Source: Halorhodospira halophila SL1 (GTDB lineage: Bacteria > Pseudomonadota > Gammaproteobacteria > Nitrococcales > Halorhodospiraceae). Taken from it: a stretch of DNA of 32,000 nucleotides. Shown piece after piece: positions 26,958 through 32,000 of the stretch. Location of the stretch: the NCBI RefSeq assembly GCF_000015585.1, contig NC_008789.1, positions 1-32,000 on the forward strand, given 5' to 3'. The position numbers and the translations under genes are program-made. The notes under the pieces were generated by a model. It worked only from the letters and a program-made list of their open reading frames with translations. It searched no databases and was not told the DNA's origin. Position 1 is the first letter of the stretch. Each line of letters opens with the position of its first letter.

Positions 26958-28355
26958 CTACTCCCCCTGCCCTGGGATGCCGCCGCGCGCCAGTTCCCGC
27001 GGATCCAGCAAGCGCTGCAGCTCGCTCTCGGACAAATCGGTCATCTCGCGGGCCACTTCGATCACCGGGCGCCCGTCCCGGTAGGCCTGCTTGGCCACCT
27101 CCGCCCCCTTCTCGTAACCGATGACCGCATTCAGAGCGGTGACCAGGATCGGGTTCCGATCCAGGGCAGCGCGCAGGTTCTCCTCGTTGACGGTGAATCC
27201 GGCGATGGCGTCCTGCCCGAGGATGGTCGAGGCATTGGTCAGAAGATCGATACTCTGGAGCACGTTGTAGCCGATGACCGGCAGCATGACGTTGAGCTGG
27301 AAATTCCCGGACTGGCCGGCCACCGAGATCGTGGTGTCGTTGCCCATGACCTGGGCCGCGACCATGGCCACGGACTCGGGGATCACCGGGTTGACCTTAC
27401 CCGGCATGATGCTTGAGCCCGGCTGCAGGGCGGGTAGGCTGATCTCGCCAAGGCCGGCCAGGGGGCCGCTGTTCATCCAGCGCAGGTCGTTAGCGACCTT
27501 CATCAGCGAGACAGCGACGGTGCGCAGCTGACCGGATAGCTCCACCGCGGCGTCCTGACTGGACAGCGCCTCGAAGCGATTGGGCGCCGGGGTAAACGGC
27601 ACACCACTGGCCTCGGCCAGCCGCTTGCTCACTTGCTCGCCGAACGCTGCCGGGGCGTTGATCCCGGTGCCGACGGCGGTCCCCCCCTGGGCCAGGGCGT
27701 GCAGCCGCGGCAGGCTGGCCTCGATCCGGCTGACCCCATTGCGCACCTGCGCGGCCCAACCGGAGAGTTCCTGGCCAAGCGTCACCGGCATGGCGTCCAT
27801 GAGGTGGGTCCGCCCGGTGGTGGTGACGTCCGCGAGTTCCGTGGCGCGTTGCTCGATGGTGTCCGCCAGTCGGCGCAGCGCCGGCAGGAGCCGGTCGTGG
27901 ACCTCCAGTGCGGCGCTGACGTGGATCGCCGTCGGGATCACGTCATTGGAGCTCTGCCCCATGTTGACATGGTCGTTGGGGTGCACCGTCACACCGGCCC
28001 GTTCGCTGGCCAGTCGGGCGATTACCTCGTTGGCGTTCATGTTGCTCGAGGTCCCCGACCCGGTCTGGAACACGTCGATGGGGAAGTGATCGTCGTGCTC
28101 GCCGCGGGCGACGGCCTCGGCTGCCTCCACGATGGCCTCGGCGACGGTCGGATCGAGTCCGGAGACTTCTCGGTTGGCCCGCGCGCAAGCCGCCTTGATC
28201 AGCCCCAGGGCCTGGATGAAGGGCCGAGGCATCGGCTGTCCGCTAACCGGGAAGTTCTGCACCGCGCGCTGGGTCTGGGCGCCGTACAGGGCGTCCGCAG
28301 GGACCTGGAGTTCCCCCATGCTGTCGCGCTCGATCCGGTAACCGTCTTGACTCAT
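26958..28355 (-). CDS. fumC: class II fumarate hydratase
   Basis: Motifs are ERDSMGELQVPADALYGAQTQRA, HDDHFPIDVFQTGSGTSSNMNANEV and the signature GSSIMPGKVNP. It is collinear with E. coli FumC rather than AspA. Confidence 0.9.
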   Translation of the reverse strand: MSQDGYRIERDSMGELQVPADALYGAQTQRAVQNFPVSGQPMPRPFIQALGLIKAACARANREVSGLDPTVAEAIVEAAEAVARGEHDDHFPIDVFQTGSGTSSNMNANEVIARLASERAGVTVHPNDHVNMGQSSNDVIPTAIHVSAALEVHDRLLPALRRLADTIEQRATELADVTTTGRTHLMDAMPVTLGQELSGWAAQVRNGVSRIEASLPRLHALAQGGTAVGTGINAPAAFGEQVSKRLAEASGVPFTPAPNRFEALSSQDAAVELSGQLRTVAVSLMKVANDLRWMNSGPLAGLGEISLPALQPGSSIMPGKVNPVIPESVAMVAAQVMGNDTTISVAGQSGNFQLNVMLPVIGYNVLQSIDLLTNASTILGQDAIAGFTVNEENLRAALDRNPILVTALNAVIGYEKGAEVAKQAYRDGRPVIEVAREMTDLSESELQRLLDPRELARGGIPGQGE

Positions 28356-28423
28356 AGATTGGCTCTCTCCTGCTCAGTGGCGAGGGCAATCGAGGCCCCC
28401 AAAAACGCGAACAGGCATTGTAG

Positions 28424-29827
<1,404 letters not shown>

Positions 29828-29898
29828 GCATCGGATCGGCGCGCCGGCGGCGGCCACCGCGCGGCTCCCGGGCGCGGCACGGGCGGTTGCAACCCGCC

Positions 29899-30540
29899 CT
29901 AGTCGGGGTCGTCGCCGGACCAGAGGTGTTCCGACCAGGCCCCCTCGGTCCACTCCTCGCGCAGGCGTCTGCGGTTGAGCGCCAGCCATTGCAGCGCGAT
30001 GACCGGCATCGCGGCTCGATAATGGCCGTCCGCCACCTGACCGATGGCCTCATCGGCCGGGATCACGTGCGACCAGATATCCTCGTGCTCCTCGTCCAGC
30101 CCATGGACCCCTCCCGCCTGGCTGGTGTCACAGCGGGCGCAGTAAAGTACGACCCGCTCGGTGCTCCCGCCTGGGCTGGGCAGGTAGTCGGCAATCGGGC
30201 GCAGATCCTCGATGTGCACATTGGCCTCTTCCAGCGCCTCGCGGATCGCCACCGAGCGAGGATCCTCACCCGGCTCCGCGATACCGGCGATGGTCTCGGT
30301 GATCCAGGCACCGCGGTTGTCATCGATCGCACCGACCCGGAACTGCTCGACCAGGACCACCTCATCCCGCTCGGGGTCGTAGGGCAGGACACCGACGGCC
30401 AGGCCGCGGACCAGGCACTCACGCGTCAGCTCCGGGGTCATCCCGCCTTCGAACTTGGCGTGGCGCAGACGGACCCGGTCCAGGCGCAGGAATCCTTCGT
30501 GACAGGGATCGCGGCCGAGGATCTCGAAACGGTGCGCCAT
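29899..30540 (-). CDS. nudF: ADP-ribose pyrophosphatase (Nudix hydrolase, NudF-like)
   Basis: The Nudix box is GIAEPGEDPRSVAIREALEEANV. The N-terminal region is typical of ADPRase (FLRLDRVRLRH..F.GG). Confidence 0.8.
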   Translation of the reverse strand: MAHRFEILGRDPCHEGFLRLDRVRLRHAKFEGGMTPELTRECLVRGLAVGVLPYDPERDEVVLVEQFRVGAIDDNRGAWITETIAGIAEPGEDPRSVAIREALEEANVHIEDLRPIADYLPSPGGSTERVVLYCARCDTSQAGGVHGLDEEHEDIWSHVIPADEAIGQVADGHYRAAMPVIALQWLALNRRRLREEWTEGAWSEHLWSGDDPD

Positions 30541-30557
30541 TGCTCTACTCCCTCGAT

Positions 30558-31880
30558 TCAGTCGCGGTCAAAGACCGCGAAGCTCTCCACATGGGCGGTA
30601 TGCGGGAACATGTCCATGATACCCGCAGCATTCAGGCGGAAGCCGTGCTCGGCGACGAGAATCCCCGCATCGCGGGCCAGCGTTGCCGGGCCACAGGAGC
30701 AGTAGACCACCCGCCGGGCCCCGGTGCCGGCAACCGCGGAGAGTACCTCCTGGGCACCGGAGCGTGGCGGGTCGAGGAGCACGGCATCGAACCCCCCCGC
30801 CACGCGCCGGGTTCCCTCCTCGGTGGCCAGATCCGCCACAGCGAAATCGGCGTGCAGACCGTTGGCCGCGGCATTCTCCTCCGCTCGCTCGACGAGTCGT
30901 GGGTCGCCCTCAATGCCGGTGACCGTCGCGCCCTCCCGTGCCAGTGGCAGGGTGAAATTACCCACGCCACAGAACAGGTCGAGTATGCGACGACCCGACT
31001 GCGGCTGCAGCCATTCCAGGGCGCGCTCGACCATGGCCATGTTGATGGAGGCGTTCACCTGGGTGAAATCCGTGGGCAGGAACGCCACCTCGACCCCGTA
31101 GGGCGACAGTGCATAGCTTAGCTGCGGGGCCGGTTGCGGTGCCACGGGGGTCACCGTCGATTCATCCCCCGGTTGCCGGAGGATCGTCAGGCCGGTGGCC
31201 TCGGCGAAATCGCTCAGCCGATCCAGATCATCCTCGGTCAACGGCGCCAGGTGGCGGAACACCAGCGCCGCGTGCTTGTCGCCGCAGGCTACCTCGATCT
31301 GCGGGATGCGGTCGGGGATGGAGAGCGAACCGACCAGCTCGGCCAGCCCCTGCATCCGCTCGCCCACACGCGGGTCGAGGACCGGACAGTACTCCACCGG
31401 GGCGACCAGCGGGCTGTGCTTCTCGCGGAAGCCGACCAGCACCCCGCCCTTTTTGGGCACATGCTTGACGGCGAGCCGTGCCTTGCGCCGATACCCCCAC
31501 GCGGGACCAGTCAACGGTGCCAGCCACTGCTCCGGCTCGACGCCGCCGATACGCTGCAGCTGTTCGGCCAGGACGCGCTCCTTGTGGGCGATCTGCGCCT
31601 CAGCGGGCAGGTGTTGGAGCGCACACCCCCCGCAGTTGCCGAAATGTTCGCAACCCGGCGCGATCCGCTCGGCTGCTGGCTCCAGAATCTCGATGGCCGT
31701 CGCCTCGGCCCGCTGACGGCGCAGCTTGGTATACCGGTAGCGGATCCGCTCGCCGGGCAAGGCGAAATCGACAAAGACCGGGCGACCCTGATCGTCGTGG
31801 GTGATCCCCCGCCCCTCGTGGGCCATGCCCTCGATACGGGCCTCCACCGGCTCGCGAGACATGCGCCGCTTACGCCCCAC
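30558..31880 (-). CDS. rlmD: 23S rRNA (uracil1939-C5)-methyltransferase RlmD (RumA)
   Basis: It has a TRAM-like N-terminus, the Fe-S Cys cluster CEHFGNCGGCALQH, the SAM motif LDLFCGVGNFTLPLA and the C-terminal VYCSCGPATLARD. The start is either GTG 31880 or ATG 31862. Confidence 0.88.
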   Translation of the reverse strand: MGRKRRMSREPVEARIEGMAHEGRGITHDDQGRPVFVDFALPGERIRYRYTKLRRQRAEATAIEILEPAAERIAPGCEHFGNCGGCALQHLPAEAQIAHKERVLAEQLQRIGGVEPEQWLAPLTGPAWGYRRKARLAVKHVPKKGGVLVGFREKHSPLVAPVEYCPVLDPRVGERMQGLAELVGSLSIPDRIPQIEVACGDKHAALVFRHLAPLTEDDLDRLSDFAEATGLTILRQPGDESTVTPVAPQPAPQLSYALSPYGVEVAFLPTDFTQVNASINMAMVERALEWLQPQSGRRILDLFCGVGNFTLPLAREGATVTGIEGDPRLVERAEENAAANGLHADFAVADLATEEGTRRVAGGFDAVLLDPPRSGAQEVLSAVAGTGARRVVYCSCGPATLARDAGILVAEHGFRLNAAGIMDMFPHTAHVESFAVFDRD

Positions 31881-32000
31881 GCCAGGCCTCCAGGAAGTTG
31901 CGCAGATGGGTCCGATCGGTGGCCTCGAGGGCCGCCGCGACGCGGTCGGTCTCGTTCTGGTAGTCGGTCTGGTCGAGGGCGCCGCGGAAATGCTGGAAGC
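31870..32000 (-). CDS. 3' end of an unidentified upstream gene (partial, runs off the window)
   Basis: An open frame read by hand on the minus strand gives ...FQHFRGALDQTDYQNETDRVAAALEATDRTHLRNFLEAWRGA*. The stop TAA at 31870-31872 overlaps the rlmD start region. It is absent from the ORF track because it has no in-window start. I recognise no family. Confidence 0.35.
   Translation of the reverse strand, partial: FQHFRGALDQTDYQNETDRVAAALEATDRTHLRNFLEAWRGA

Overview
High-GC (roughly two-thirds G+C by eye) gammaproteobacterial-type chromosomal core region. About 28 housekeeping genes are recognisable from the translations, plus two tRNAs. Gamma-type synteny blocks are present: (fabF)-pabC-mltG-tmk-holB, fabA-fabB, and uvrY/gacA-uvrC-pgsA next to tRNA-Cys/tRNA-Leu. 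I found no CRISPR array, IS or transposase, integrase, phage gene or recognisable defence or toxin-antitoxin module, so I cannot support a novel multi-gene protein system here. The unusual content is cis-acting chromosome-maintenance DNA that gene callers do not report. (1) Two copies of a 14-bp perfect palindrome lie 54 bp apart just upstream of mnmG and match the chromosomal parS (ParB centromere) consensus at 15/16. (2) The fabF homologue is cut off exactly at the second parS copy and lacks about 47 N-terminal codons, which marks a synteny breakpoint. (3) An isolated AT-rich 28-mer at 8584-8611 has its right-hand 19 nt matching the E. coli dif (XerC/XerD) core at 18/19, including a perfect XerD arm. 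(4) KOPS-type octamers (GGGNAGGG / CCCTNCCC) show strong strand polarity pointing toward that dif-like site. An origin-type marker (parS with mnmG-rsmG) and a terminus-type marker (dif) only about 6 kb apart is not expected for a normal chromosome. It needs checking as a real rearrangement, an orphan site or an assembly join. All coordinates and motif counts were read by eye from the sequence. No database searches were run.
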